In this document: piece after piece, positions 51,406-60,915 of the stretch
How positions within the stretch are numbered: position 1 is the stretch's first letter
Layout of the letters: every line of letters starts with the position of its first letter
DNA from: an uncultured Gammaproteobacteria bacterium
GTDB lineage: Bacteria; Patescibacteriota; Patescibacteriia; CAIXNZ01
Reading direction: 5' to 3'
Length of the DNA stretch: 60,915 bases
Assembly (NCBI GenBank): GCA_964400885.1
Contig: CAYNWH010000002.1
Coordinates: forward strand, 24,668 to 85,582
Position numbers and translations under genes: made by a program
The notes under the pieces: generated by a model
What the model was told of the DNA's origin: nothing
What the model saw: the letters and a program-made list of their open reading frames with translations, nothing else
The model's database searches: none

Positions 51406-51717
51406 TTATTTTTTAACAATATTCTTTAAGAATTTATCGATTTTAAGACAAAATTTTTGCAGTTTTTTTATAATAGCTCTTTGCTGCCTCGCACCTTCAT
51501 TAGACCAAACCATATCAATACTAATAAATTCGGAAAAGTTTGATTCATTAAAATAAAAAATTAAAATATCTATTATTAGAAGGATCAGCACAATAGAAAC
51601 AAAAATTAGATTATTAATCAAAACCGGCTTTATTATAATAGCTATTATTATAAAAGCTATTAATATTGCCAAGAATATAGAAATATAGAAAAAAAACTTA
51701 CTGCTTGATTTTTGCAT
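51406..51717 (-). CDS. Small membrane protein (103 aa)
   Basis: Ile/Leu-rich hydrophobic ORF immediately upstream of mutM. Confidence 0.45.
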   Translation of the reverse strand: MQKSSSKFFFYISIFLAILIAFIIIAIIIKPVLINNLIFVSIVLILLIIDILIFYFNESNFSEFISIDMVWSNEGARQQRAIIKKLQKFCLKIDKFLKNIVKK

Positions 51718-51818
51718 AAAAAATAAAATTAAAAATACAAAAGTTAAAAAATATAAAACAAAAAATAAGGAATATAATATATCTTTAATAATTTCTCCAA
51801 TTACCTATTACCTATTTT

Positions 51819-53411
51819 CTATATCAAAGAAGTCCCAGTCATCTCTTTTGGCTTTTTAACTCCCATAATTTTTAAAATTGTCGGAGCCACATCAGCCAAT
51901 ACGCCAGAGGGTGTAACTAAGCTTAAATCAGAACCCGGCCCTTCTGGCAGTCCAATATTTTTTCCTTCCCATTGATTACCAATAATAAGCAGGGGTACAG
52001 GATTAGTACTATGTTCTTTATCAATATCCCCTGTTTGAATATTTTGCAATTCCTCAGCATTGCCATGATCAGCGGTAATTGCTACCACTCCATCTTTACT
52101 TAAAACAAGTCTTACAATTTTGCCTAAACATTTATCTACTACTTCGCAGGCCTTGATCGTAGCTTTTAAATTGCCGGTATGAGCAACCATATCAGGATTA
52201 GCAAAATTCACAATATAAAGATCATATTTATTATCTGAAACAGCTTTCAATATTTCATCACAGACCTTTAAAGCTGACATTTCCGGCTTCTGATCATAAG
52301 AAGGCACGCGAGGTGAAGGAATAACAATCCTGTCTTCGCCAGGAAATGGTTCTTCTTGCCCGCCATTAAAGAAAAAAGTAACATGCGCATATTTTTCAGT
52401 TTCCGCAATATGTAATTGTTTTAAACCAGCATCGCTTATGACCTTGGCCAATGGTTCTTTTATTTCTACGGGCGGAAAAGCAATCGCATCAACTGGCAAA
52501 TCCTTATCATACTGCGTCATTCCAACAAAAAACAAATTTTTGAACTCCGAAGGTCTTTCAAATTTAGAAAAATCTGGCAAAACAAAAGCGCTTGTTATTT
52601 GCCTGGCACGATCAGCTCTAAAATTAAAAAATATTAAAGCATCTTTATCCTCAACTAATACGACTGGCTTATTTTTATAAGTAATCACCACTGGCACAAA
52701 TTCTTCATCATAAATCTTTTTTTCATAAGAGTTTTCAATTGCTTTTATAGGATTATCAAATTTTTCATCACTTTCGCCTTTAGTCATGGCAAGAAAAGCT
52801 TTTTCAGTTCTTTCCCAATGGTTATCTCGGTCCATGGCATAAAATCTGCCTGACAAAGTAGCAATTTTAGCATTAACCTTTAACTCTTTTATTTTAGCTA
52901 ACAGCTCTTCTATAAATCCTTTGCCACTATTATAAATCGTGTCCCTACCGTCTAAAATTGCATGAATATAAACTTCTCTTATATTTTGGCGCTTGGCAAA
53001 TTCAAGCAAAGCATAAAGATGTTCTGTATGAGAATGCACTCCGCCACTGCTAACTAAACCCAAAAGATGAAGTTTTGATCCATTTTTTTTTACATGATCA
53101 GCAGCATCCAAAAAAGCTTTATTTTCAAAAAAAGACCCATCCAATACAGACTTGCTTATGCGCGGCAAACTCTGATAAAAAATAAGACCAGCACCTAAAT
53201 TAGTATGACCAACTTCTGAATTGCCCATTTCACCCCATGATAAACCTACTGAATCGCCAGAAGCAGCTAAGGTTAAAGCCGGATAAGTCGCTATATATTT
53301 ATTAAGATTAGGGGTTTTTGCCTTGGCAATGGCATTTCCAGGACTGTCTGGTGCGATTCCCCAACCATCGAGAATAATCAAAATCACAGGCCTATTTTTT
53401 AATTTTGCCAT
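51819..53411 (-). CDS. gpmI: 2,3-bisphosphoglycerate-independent phosphoglycerate mutase, paralogue 1
   Basis: 530 aa; ILDGWG, GNSEVGHTNLGAG, TADHGNAE. Confidence 0.9.
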   Translation of the reverse strand: MAKLKNRPVILIILDGWGIAPDSPGNAIAKAKTPNLNKYIATYPALTLAASGDSVGLSWGEMGNSEVGHTNLGAGLIFYQSLPRISKSVLDGSFFENKAFLDAADHVKKNGSKLHLLGLVSSGGVHSHTEHLYALLEFAKRQNIREVYIHAILDGRDTIYNSGKGFIEELLAKIKELKVNAKIATLSGRFYAMDRDNHWERTEKAFLAMTKGESDEKFDNPIKAIENSYEKKIYDEEFVPVVITYKNKPVVLVEDKDALIFFNFRADRARQITSAFVLPDFSKFERPSEFKNLFFVGMTQYDKDLPVDAIAFPPVEIKEPLAKVISDAGLKQLHIAETEKYAHVTFFFNGGQEEPFPGEDRIVIPSPRVPSYDQKPEMSALKVCDEILKAVSDNKYDLYIVNFANPDMVAHTGNLKATIKACEVVDKCLGKIVRLVLSKDGVVAITADHGNAEELQNIQTGDIDKEHSTNPVPLLIIGNQWEGKNIGLPEGPGSDLSLVTPSGVLADVAPTILKIMGVKKPKEMTGTSLI

Positions 53412-53414
53412 ATT

Positions 53415-54998
53415 TTATATAGATTTATTTTTTATTAAAGTTTTGCCAGTCATTTCCTTTGGCTTCTCAACATCTAATAGCTGCAGAATACTAGGCGAGA
53501 CATCGGCTAAAATGCCATCTTTACGCAAATGTAAATTTTTATGATTAAAATCTTGATTAACAAGGATAAAAGGAACTGGATTCGTACTATGCTCAGTATC
53601 CATCTCACCTGTTTTCAAATTCATCATTTCCTCGACATTGCCATGATCTGCAGTTATAATCATGGTACCTTTTAATCTTTTTATAAAATTATAAATTCTG
53701 CCTAAACTTTTATCTACGACCTCAATGGCCTTAATCGCTGCCTTTAAATTCCCCGTATGGCCAAGCATATCTGCATTAGGAAAATTTATGGTAATAAAAT
53801 TAACTTCTCTTTCCCTTAATTTTCTCAAGATAATATTAGTAAGTCTATAACTAGACATTTGCGGCTGCTTAACATAATTATTCTGCCCTAAAGAAGGGAT
53901 AACTTCCCATTCTTCATCATTAACTGGCTGACTATAGCCGCCATTAAAGAAATAAGTCACATGAGCATATTTTTCCCGTTCGGAAATATATAGCTGTTTA
54001 AAATCTTTTAAAACAAAGGGCAAGGTATTTTCTAAAATAATACTGGGATGAGCAGTCAAAACGCTATCCAAATCAGGCCCAAAATCAGTTAAAGCGATAA
54101 ATTTAATATTTTTTAAAATTTTCTTTCTTTTAAATCCGCCGCCATTTCTTTTTTCAAAATTTTTCTGGACAAAAGGCTTGGTCATTTGCCTGGCACGATC
54201 AGACCTTAAATTAAAAAAGATAATTGCATCATTATCATTAATAAATTTTGCTTTTTTTCTTGGATTTAAAATCACTGTAGGAGTAATAAATTCATCAGTT
54301 TCTCCCCGGTTATAAGCTTCACCAACTGCTTTATAAGGATTATCAGAAGTAATTCCCTCGCCTAAAACCATGGCATTATAAGCCATTTCTGTCCTTTGCC
54401 AGGCTTTAATTCTATCCATAGCATAAAACCGGCCTATAATAGTAGAAATAATCTCATTATTTTCAAAATTATTAATCAATTTACTGACCAATCTGGCGCC
54501 AGCATGCGGCGATGAATCACGTCCATCTGTAAAAAGATGCAGATAAACGCGATGAAATTTTCTTTGTTTAAAAAAATCTAAAAGAGCATATAAATGCTCG
54601 GGCTGAGAATGAGCGCTCTGACCATCAGATAAAAGACCCATTAAATGAATATTAGATTTGAATTTTTTTGCATGATCAACCGCCTCAATAAAAGCTGGGT
54701 TTTTAAAAAAAGTACCATTTTTAATAGTCTCAGTAATATAAACTGCATCTTGCTTTACGATCCTGCCGGCACCAATATTCATGTGGCCTGCTTCTGAATT
54801 ACCATCCTGCCCCTTAGGCAAGCCCACTTTTTGTCCATGAGCAACTAAAGTTGTATTGGGATATTTTCTATAAAAAAAATCCATAATTGGCGTGTCAGCC
54901 AAACTTATGGCATTGGAAAGAGAAGCTGGTGCAATTCCCCAGCCGTCAAGAATAATCAAAATTAAGGGTAAAAATTTCTGTTTTACTTCTTTTTTCAT
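53415..54998 (-). CDS. gpmI: 2,3-bisphosphoglycerate-independent phosphoglycerate mutase, paralogue 2
   Basis: 527 aa; ILDGWG, GNSEAGHMNIGAG, TADHGNVE; 3-nt gap to paralogue 1. Confidence 0.9.
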   Translation of the reverse strand: MKKEVKQKFLPLILIILDGWGIAPASLSNAISLADTPIMDFFYRKYPNTTLVAHGQKVGLPKGQDGNSEAGHMNIGAGRIVKQDAVYITETIKNGTFFKNPAFIEAVDHAKKFKSNIHLMGLLSDGQSAHSQPEHLYALLDFFKQRKFHRVYLHLFTDGRDSSPHAGARLVSKLINNFENNEIISTIIGRFYAMDRIKAWQRTEMAYNAMVLGEGITSDNPYKAVGEAYNRGETDEFITPTVILNPRKKAKFINDNDAIIFFNLRSDRARQMTKPFVQKNFEKRNGGGFKRKKILKNIKFIALTDFGPDLDSVLTAHPSIILENTLPFVLKDFKQLYISEREKYAHVTYFFNGGYSQPVNDEEWEVIPSLGQNNYVKQPQMSSYRLTNIILRKLREREVNFITINFPNADMLGHTGNLKAAIKAIEVVDKSLGRIYNFIKRLKGTMIITADHGNVEEMMNLKTGEMDTEHSTNPVPFILVNQDFNHKNLHLRKDGILADVSPSILQLLDVEKPKEMTGKTLIKNKSI

Positions 54999-55087
54999 AT
55001 ATAACTATTTTAACTTAAAATTGATATTTATTCAACTGCCAAATAAAAATCCCCGAGCTAAGATCGGGGATAATTTTTTATCTAAAA

Positions 55088-56347
55088 TTAGCTTAATTCT
55101 TCTTCAATCTCCATCAGTCTATTATACTTAGAAACTCTTTCGCTCCTGGACATTGAACCGGTTTTAATATAATCCGCATTCACAGCCACAGCCAAGTCAG
55201 CAATGGTCGTATCACAAGTTTCACCGCTTCTATGAGAAATAATCACTTTATAATTATTTTGTTTTGCCAGATAAATAGCAGAAATAGTTTCAGTCAGGGT
55301 GCCGATCTGGTTTAGTTTAATCAAAATAGCATTAGCCACTCCCATATCAATTCCTTTTTGCAATCTTTTCATATTAGTTACAAATAAATCATCGCCGACT
55401 AACAGGCATTTAGATCCTAACTTCTTAGTTAAAGTTTGCCATTTATCCCAGTCGTCTTCGGCCAAGCCATCTTCAATAGAAATTAATTTATATCTACGCA
55501 GCCAATTTTGATATAAACTAATTAATTTATCTGATTTTATTTTTTTATTATTAATTTTATAGGTCTTATTTTTTTTGTTGTAAAATTCACTGGCAGCAGC
55601 GTCAATGGCCAAATTAACCTCTTTATGGGGCTTATAACCAGCTTTTTTTATAGCTGCTAGAATCAGCAAAAAAGCTTCTTCATTCTTTTTTAATTTTACT
55701 GCATACCCACCCTCATCTCCCACAAAAGTATCAAAGCCTTTCTTTTTTAGAATGTCGCCTAAATTATGAAATATTTCACTGCCCATTTGCACTCTTTTTG
55801 CCATTTTTTTTGCTTGTGGGACTATCATTGCTTCCTGAATATCCAACGCCCAGTTAGCATGTTTACCGCCGTTTAAAATATTCATCATTGCTAAAGGCAA
55901 ATTAAAACTTTTATAATGAATATTATAAGTTTTTCTCAAATAACGATATAAGGGCATGCCCAAAGCTTTGGCTCCGGCATGAGCACAAGCCAAAGAAACG
56001 CCTAAAATAGCATTTGCGCCCAAATCAGACTTATTAGGAGTATCATCAAGCTTAATCATTAATTTATCAATATCCTGCTGTTTGGTCACATCAACATTTT
56101 TAAGCAGATAATTTATCTCCTGATTAACATTTTTAACTGCTTTTAAAACTCCCTTGCCCAAATAACGTTTATTATTGCCATCACGCAATTCTAATGCTTC
56201 ATGGCTGCCAGTTGAAGCGCCAGAAGGCACAGCTGCTTTAGCCCAAATACCATTTTTTAACGTTACTTTAACTTCCACGGTCGGATTGCCGCGTGAATCT
56301 AAAATTTCCCGAGCTTTAATTGTTTTTATTCTTCTGGGATTTAACAT
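55088..56347 (-). CDS. eno: Enolase
   Basis: 419 aa; EILDSRGNPTVEV, SHRSGET, LNQIGT. Confidence 0.95.
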   Translation of the reverse strand: MLNPRRIKTIKAREILDSRGNPTVEVKVTLKNGIWAKAAVPSGASTGSHEALELRDGNNKRYLGKGVLKAVKNVNQEINYLLKNVDVTKQQDIDKLMIKLDDTPNKSDLGANAILGVSLACAHAGAKALGMPLYRYLRKTYNIHYKSFNLPLAMMNILNGGKHANWALDIQEAMIVPQAKKMAKRVQMGSEIFHNLGDILKKKGFDTFVGDEGGYAVKLKKNEEAFLLILAAIKKAGYKPHKEVNLAIDAAASEFYNKKNKTYKINNKKIKSDKLISLYQNWLRRYKLISIEDGLAEDDWDKWQTLTKKLGSKCLLVGDDLFVTNMKRLQKGIDMGVANAILIKLNQIGTLTETISAIYLAKQNNYKVIISHRSGETCDTTIADLAVAVNADYIKTGSMSRSERVSKYNRLMEIEEELS

Positions 56348-56357
56348 AATTTAAATA

Positions 56358-57131
56358 TTAATCTAATTCATAAGTTACTGTGGCTGTGATAATTATATCC
56401 TGGCTGCCAGCTTCAACAGCTGGTGCTACTTCGCCACCACCACCTATGCCATATGCTTTAGTATAATCTAAATATGGCTGGGGCACATTACCTCCACCCT
56501 CACTAAAAGAAACAACCTTGCCTAATTTAACATTCATAACTTGAGCTAAAGCATCTGCTTTTTCTTTGGCATTTTCTAATGCTTTAATTCTGGCTTCCTG
56601 TTTATAAGTTTCTGGATTATCAATCGTAAAACTCAAACCGCCAATCTGGTTCAAATTCAAATCACCGGCAATTTTCAAAACATCATCAACTTTATCAGTT
56701 TGCCTAATTTTCACCTGAATATTCTGAGAAACACTATAGCCTCTTAGAATTTGCTGGCCATTAATCCAATCATAAGCAGGATAAATACTATAATTGGTTG
56801 TTTGAATGTCTTCTTTGGCAATATCTAAACCTTTTATTTTTTCAATTAAAGTATTAATGGTCTTTGAATTTTCAGTTTGCGCATCTGAAACAGATTTTTT
56901 TTCAGTCATTAATCCCAAAGAAACAATAGCAATATCTGGGATAGCTGTAACTTTACCCTCACCTGTAATACTAATAGTTCTTTGGATATCAAGATTTTTA
57001 CCAATATAATAGTGCTGTTTTGCTAAATTCCAGGCCCACAAGCCGACAGCTATGCCTAAAACAATAATAAAAAGCATGGATAAAACAGCAAAAATTGGAT
57101 TTTCTTTAAATTTTGTTCCCCAATTAATCAT
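56358..57131 (-). CDS. SIMPL/DUF541 family protein
   Basis: 257 aa; N-terminal TM, then the typical DUF541 two-lobed pattern (YSVSQNIQVKIR..., ARIKALENAKEKADALA). Confidence 0.7.
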   Translation of the reverse strand: MINWGTKFKENPIFAVLSMLFIIVLGIAVGLWAWNLAKQHYYIGKNLDIQRTISITGEGKVTAIPDIAIVSLGLMTEKKSVSDAQTENSKTINTLIEKIKGLDIAKEDIQTTNYSIYPAYDWINGQQILRGYSVSQNIQVKIRQTDKVDDVLKIAGDLNLNQIGGLSFTIDNPETYKQEARIKALENAKEKADALAQVMNVKLGKVVSFSEGGGNVPQPYLDYTKAYGIGGGGEVAPAVEAGSQDIIITATVTYELD

Positions 57132-57211
57132 ATTTTTTACAAAAAATTAATTTTTAATGATAAATATTATTTAATTAATAGTTATTTTTTAGTAATCAAA
57201 ATTTATATGAA

Positions 57212-57436
57212 TTAAGCTTGCATTTTTTCAACAATTTTATTTATTTTCGTAATTATATCTTTTTCATATCCCATTTTTAGCAGCATCTCAGAAATTAACC
57301 AATTCAAATCCTCATCTTGTATGTTATGAATAATTGCATCACAAATATAAGGTGAATCTTCAGGGTTTAAAATTTCTCTAATCTCTAATAATTCTTTTTC
57401 AATTAACTCTAAATTGGCTAAATTTCTTAAATCCAC
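57212..57436 (-). CDS. Hypothetical protein (74 aa)
   Basis: ORF only. Confidence 0.4.
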   Translation of the reverse strand: MDLRNLANLELIEKELLEIREILNPEDSPYICDAIIHNIQDEDLNWLISEMLLKMGYEKDIITKINKIVEKMQA

Positions 57437-57447
57437 AATTACTAATT

Positions 57448-58644
57448 TTATTTTTTAATTAATGGTTTTAAGCCTGGTAAGGTTTTGCCTTCTAAAAATT
57501 CCAGCATGGCACCGCCAGCTGTAGAAACAAAATCATACCAATTTTTCAATTTTAATTTATCAATCAAAGCAACTGTTTCTCCGCCGCCAGCCACGCCAAA
57601 AGCCGGGCCTTTGGAAACAATCGCTGTGTTCTGAGTAATATATTCACTGCCATGACTATATTTTTCTATCTCAAACATGCCCATAGGACCATTCCAGATT
57701 AAAGTATTGGCTAATTTTATATAGCGAGAAAAATTTAATTCTGTTTTGTGGCCAATATCAATAATATAAAACTTTTTATTTTTTAACTTATTCAGATCAG
57801 CAATATTTACAATTTTAACTTCTCCTTTGCCATTCAAATTACTGCTTATGCGCACATCAACAGGCAAAATTAATTTATTTTTTGCTTTTTTTATCAATTG
57901 TTTAGCTAAAGATAAAAAATCCTTTTCATAAACCGATTGACTAATATTAATTTTCTTGGCAGCAAAAAAATTATTTGCCAAAGCGCCGCCGATCAAAACA
58001 TAATTATATTTCTTCAAGAAATTTTCAATAACTTTAATTTTTGTAGAAATCTTGACACCGCCAATAACAGCTACACCCGGGTTTTTAAAATTTTTTAAAA
58101 GCTTGCTTAAATTTTCAACTTCGTCAGCTAAATTCAATCCAGCATAAGCTGGCAAATATTTACTAATTGCGGAAACAGAAGCATGCGCGCGATGACTGAC
58201 AGCAAAAGCATCATTAACATAAATATCAGCTAAACTGGCCAGTTCTTGGGCAAATTTTGCATCATTAGCTTCTTCGCCAGGGTAAAAACGCAAATTCTCT
58301 AAAAGCAAAATTTGCCCAGCTTTAAGCTGAGCAATCTGTTTTTTAACTTTTTCACCAAGACAATCATTAACAAAATAAACATGCTCCTTTGTAATTTTAT
58401 TTAAATACTTGGCAATCGGCTGTAAACTATATTTTTTTACAACTTTGCCTTCTGGTCTGCCCAAATGCGATATCAAAACTATCTTTGCCTTATTTTTTAA
58501 TAAATAATTAATTGTTGGAAAACTCCTTTCAATTCTATCCGGCTCTAAAACTTTACCTTTTTCCATGGCAACATTATAATCAACTCTGACTAAAACTGTC
58601 TTATTTTTAAGATTTTTAAGTTGTTTTATTGTCTTTAATTTCAT
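57448..58644 (-). CDS. pgk: Phosphoglycerate kinase
   Basis: 398 aa; VRVDYNV, SHLGRP, GGGE...; TGCTATAAT is only 6 nt upstream of the ATG. Confidence 0.95.
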   Translation of the reverse strand: MKLKTIKQLKNLKNKTVLVRVDYNVAMEKGKVLEPDRIERSFPTINYLLKNKAKIVLISHLGRPEGKVVKKYSLQPIAKYLNKITKEHVYFVNDCLGEKVKKQIAQLKAGQILLLENLRFYPGEEANDAKFAQELASLADIYVNDAFAVSHRAHASVSAISKYLPAYAGLNLADEVENLSKLLKNFKNPGVAVIGGVKISTKIKVIENFLKKYNYVLIGGALANNFFAAKKINISQSVYEKDFLSLAKQLIKKAKNKLILPVDVRISSNLNGKGEVKIVNIADLNKLKNKKFYIIDIGHKTELNFSRYIKLANTLIWNGPMGMFEIEKYSHGSEYITQNTAIVSKGPAFGVAGGGETVALIDKLKLKNWYDFVSTAGGAMLEFLEGKTLPGLKPLIKK

Positions 58645-58718
58645 AGTTTAATTATAGCAAATTTTTAAAATTTTTCCTATCACAAACTACTAATTACCAA
58701 TCACTAATTACCATCTTA

Positions 58719-58973
58719 TTATTCTCCTTCAATTTCTTTCAAAACCCAACTTTCACCTTTTACTTTAGTTATTTTTACATCTAAATTCTGCGCCAAAGTA
58801 TTTTGGGCCAGCATTTTAAGATTGAATTCTAAATTTTCTGGAGAAATTTCATCGCCATGCTCAATGATACTGCCCAGTTCAATTATTGCCTTGGTAACTT
58901 TATGCAATTTATTTTGCTGAGCATAATCCAGAATAACTTTTAAAATTTTATTAGCTTCATGAAGATCGTGCAT
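58719..58973 (-). CDS. HypA-like N-terminal domain protein lacking the zinc-binding cysteines
   Basis: 84 aa; MHDLHEANKIL... matches the HypA MHE-type Ni-binding N-terminus; there is no CxxC pair anywhere in the ORF. Confidence 0.5.
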   Translation of the reverse strand: MHDLHEANKILKVILDYAQQNKLHKVTKAIIELGSIIEHGDEISPENLEFNLKMLAQNTLAQNLDVKITKVKGESWVLKEIEGE

Positions 58974-58996
58974 AATTATACAAAATTACTAATCTT

Positions 58997-59725
58997 TTAC
59001 GAATTTACAAAAAACTGAGAAATCGAACCGCAAGCAACCACTGCTGCTGTTTCAGCGCGTAAAATTCTCTTACCTAAACTAATTAAGGCTAAAGAATTTT
59101 GCCGAGCCAGGTCAATTTCAAAAGGTGAAAATCCACCTTCAGGCCCAATAAATAAATTAATTTTATTGCAATGTTTATTATCTAAAATATCAATTAAACG
59201 ATTTTCTTCCTCTTTCTCATGGCAAAGTAAATTCAAATCCTGCGGATTCAGGTTTTTGACTGCATCTTTAAATTCCACCAAAGGGCTTAAAATAGGTATA
59301 ATTTTGCCGCCAGATTGGATGGTCGCCTCTTCAATTATTTTCTGATAACGTTTAATTTTATTGGGGCTATATTCCTTAGCTACTGTAAATTCTGAATTCA
59401 TCGGTACAATTTTCTGAACACCGATTTCCGTAGCTTTCTGCAAAATCCATTCTAATTTATATTTTTTTAAAATTGCCTGATAAAGCGTAATATCAACAGG
59501 CAACTCCCTTTCAATAAAACTTCTATTAATAAATTCACAAACTAATTGCTTCTTGTTTAATCCCTTTATTCTTACCAAATATTCATTGGCATCATTGTCA
59601 AATAAAATAAAAGTGTCGCCGATTTTCTTACGCAACACCTTGGTTAATTTATGGAGAATTTCTTTATCTTTAATTACAATATTTTGAGGATCTTCGATCT
59701 TTGAATTTAAAAAAAATCGAAACAT
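58997..59725 (-). CDS. rsmE: 16S rRNA (uracil1498-N3)-methyltransferase
   Basis: 242 aa from MFRFFL (typical RsmE start); GPEGGFSPFE, LGKRILRAETA. Confidence 0.85.
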   Translation of the reverse strand: MFRFFLNSKIEDPQNIVIKDKEILHKLTKVLRKKIGDTFILFDNDANEYLVRIKGLNKKQLVCEFINRSFIERELPVDITLYQAILKKYKLEWILQKATEIGVQKIVPMNSEFTVAKEYSPNKIKRYQKIIEEATIQSGGKIIPILSPLVEFKDAVKNLNPQDLNLLCHEKEEENRLIDILDNKHCNKINLFIGPEGGFSPFEIDLARQNSLALISLGKRILRAETAAVVACGSISQFFVNS

Positions 59726-59730
59726 ATAAT

Positions 59731-60915
59731 TTAATGGGTTGCACAACTAATGCAAGGATCATAAGCCCTGACTAGAGTACGGATCTTTATACGGCGTTTA
59801 TGAATAGGCAGTTTATATATATCAGGCAAATATACTTTTAAATCAGCTTCTAGATTAGCCAAAAACTGCGCAGTCGGCGTAATAATATTAGCGGCTAAAA
59901 CCTTGCCATTTTTATCAAATTTATAATAATCAAGCAAAAGCCCGCGCGGCGCTTCAACCGCACCATAACCTTCGCTTGCTTTTAGCCTAACTTTAACCTT
60001 AATATTTTTCTGGTCAATTTTGCCGAGTTGTTTGAAAATTTTTCTAATTTCCTCTAAGCAGTGGACAATTTCTACAGCCTGAGCATAAACATTATAAAAA
60101 GTATTATAACAAGGCATGGCTAAATCTGCTTTTTGCCACAATTTCTTTGCTTGAGTATTTAATTTATCAAAATTTATATTAACTCTGGCTAGAGCGCCGC
60201 TAAAATAAGGTTTTTTACCCAAATTAACGCGCTTAACCTTTTCAAACGGCTGATGCAATTCTTTAATTGTATTATAAAATTCAGCAATCTTTATTTGCTC
60301 ACCTTTACTAGTCATAATGTCACCCCATAAAACTTCATATTCATTCTTATTATATAAAGAGATAAATTCTGTTTCTCTTTTAAAGTCAGGAACTCTTATT
60401 TTACTAACAAATTCAGCGACAGAGACAGCATCTTCTAAAAGTTGGTTGTAATTTTTCATTAATTTATTAATTTCTTCCATGGCTGGCAATTTTTTAAATC
60501 CCCCGACTTCAATGGTCAACGGATGAACAGTTCGGCCGCCAATCAGCTTAACCATATCAATGGCAAATTTTCTGACTCTTAAAATTGCATGAGTTTGTTT
60601 CGGATATTTTTTAATAAAATTCAAATCATTCTCTATCTCAAAAAAATCAGGCAAAGAAAGAAAAAACATATGCAAGGCATGAGAATGGATAATTTGCAGC
60701 AATTCCATAACTTTACGCAAAGCAATTGTCTGTTCACTAACTTTAATGCCAAAAGCTGTTTCAATTGCATGAGTTGAAGATATAAAATGGACAATCGGAC
60801 AAATACCGCAAATTCTGCCAGTAATCATAGGCACTTCAAAATAATCGCGACCCAAAAGTATGCCTTCAATCAGGCGCGCGCCTTCTAAAGTCTCCATTTT
60901 AGCCTTTTTTACATC
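59731..60915 (-). CDS. [NiFe]-hydrogenase large subunit (5'-partial, runs off the window)
   Basis: RICGICPIVH (N-terminal Ni-ligand motif) and C-terminal DPCISCATH followed directly by stop; the reading frame stays open to the window edge. Confidence 0.85.
   Translation of the reverse strand, partial: DVKKAKMETLEGARLIEGILLGRDYFEVPMITGRICGICPIVHFISSTHAIETAFGIKVSEQTIALRKVMELLQIIHSHALHMFFLSLPDFFEIENDLNFIKKYPKQTHAILRVRKFAIDMVKLIGGRTVHPLTIEVGGFKKLPAMEEINKLMKNYNQLLEDAVSVAEFVSKIRVPDFKRETEFISLYNKNEYEVLWGDIMTSKGEQIKIAEFYNTIKELHQPFEKVKRVNLGKKPYFSGALARVNINFDKLNTQAKKLWQKADLAMPCYNTFYNVYAQAVEIVHCLEEIRKIFKQLGKIDQKNIKVKVRLKASEGYGAVEAPRGLLLDYYKFDKNGKVLAANIITPTAQFLANLEADLKVYLPDIYKLPIHKRRIKIRTLVRAYDPCISCATH

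Overview
This is a 60.9-kb, gene-dense window with most genes on the minus strand. It looks like an AT-rich, small-genome bacterium of the Patescibacteria/CPR type. That placement is an inference from gene content and style: murB/murC, mraZ-rsmH-ftsL, pgk-eno-gpmI, an Elp3 homologue, a [NiFe]-hydrogenase large subunit, many short orphan ORFs, and housekeeping genes with no Shine-Dalgarno (SD) site. I recognised no rRNA, tRNA, CRISPR array, transposase or integrase. All GC statements are by eye, not computed.

The dominant pattern is a mosaic. About a dozen visibly GC-richer cassettes sit in intergenic gaps of the AT-rich core. Each has a strong GGAGG SD, and most also have a near-consensus TTGACA-N17-TAnnnT promoter and GC-stem terminators. 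They include a 6.5-kb island with purE-purC, purH and purB, plus purA at a second locus. Together these cover AIR to AMP only.

The best-supported discrete finding is a tandem pair of SAM-I (S-box) riboswitches at 44.9-45.25 kb on the minus strand. Each has its own terminator and a visible antiterminator alternative. Together they gate an uncharacterised 194-aa protein.

Other items worth a second look:
- a GC-rich two-gene insertion splitting mraZ from rsmH
- a DnaA-box / MraZ-operator-like cluster upstream of mraZ
- two terminator-bounded RNA units with identical TGCTATAAT promoters upstream of glyA-folD, one starting with the 16S anti-SD decamer
- a membrane-anchored zinc-finger Clp ATPase
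- tandem gpmI paralogues
- a hydrogenase large subunit ending exactly at the DPCxxCxxH motif, close to (rsmE lies between) a cysteine-less HypA-like ORF
- several dispersed palindromic and low-complexity repeat families
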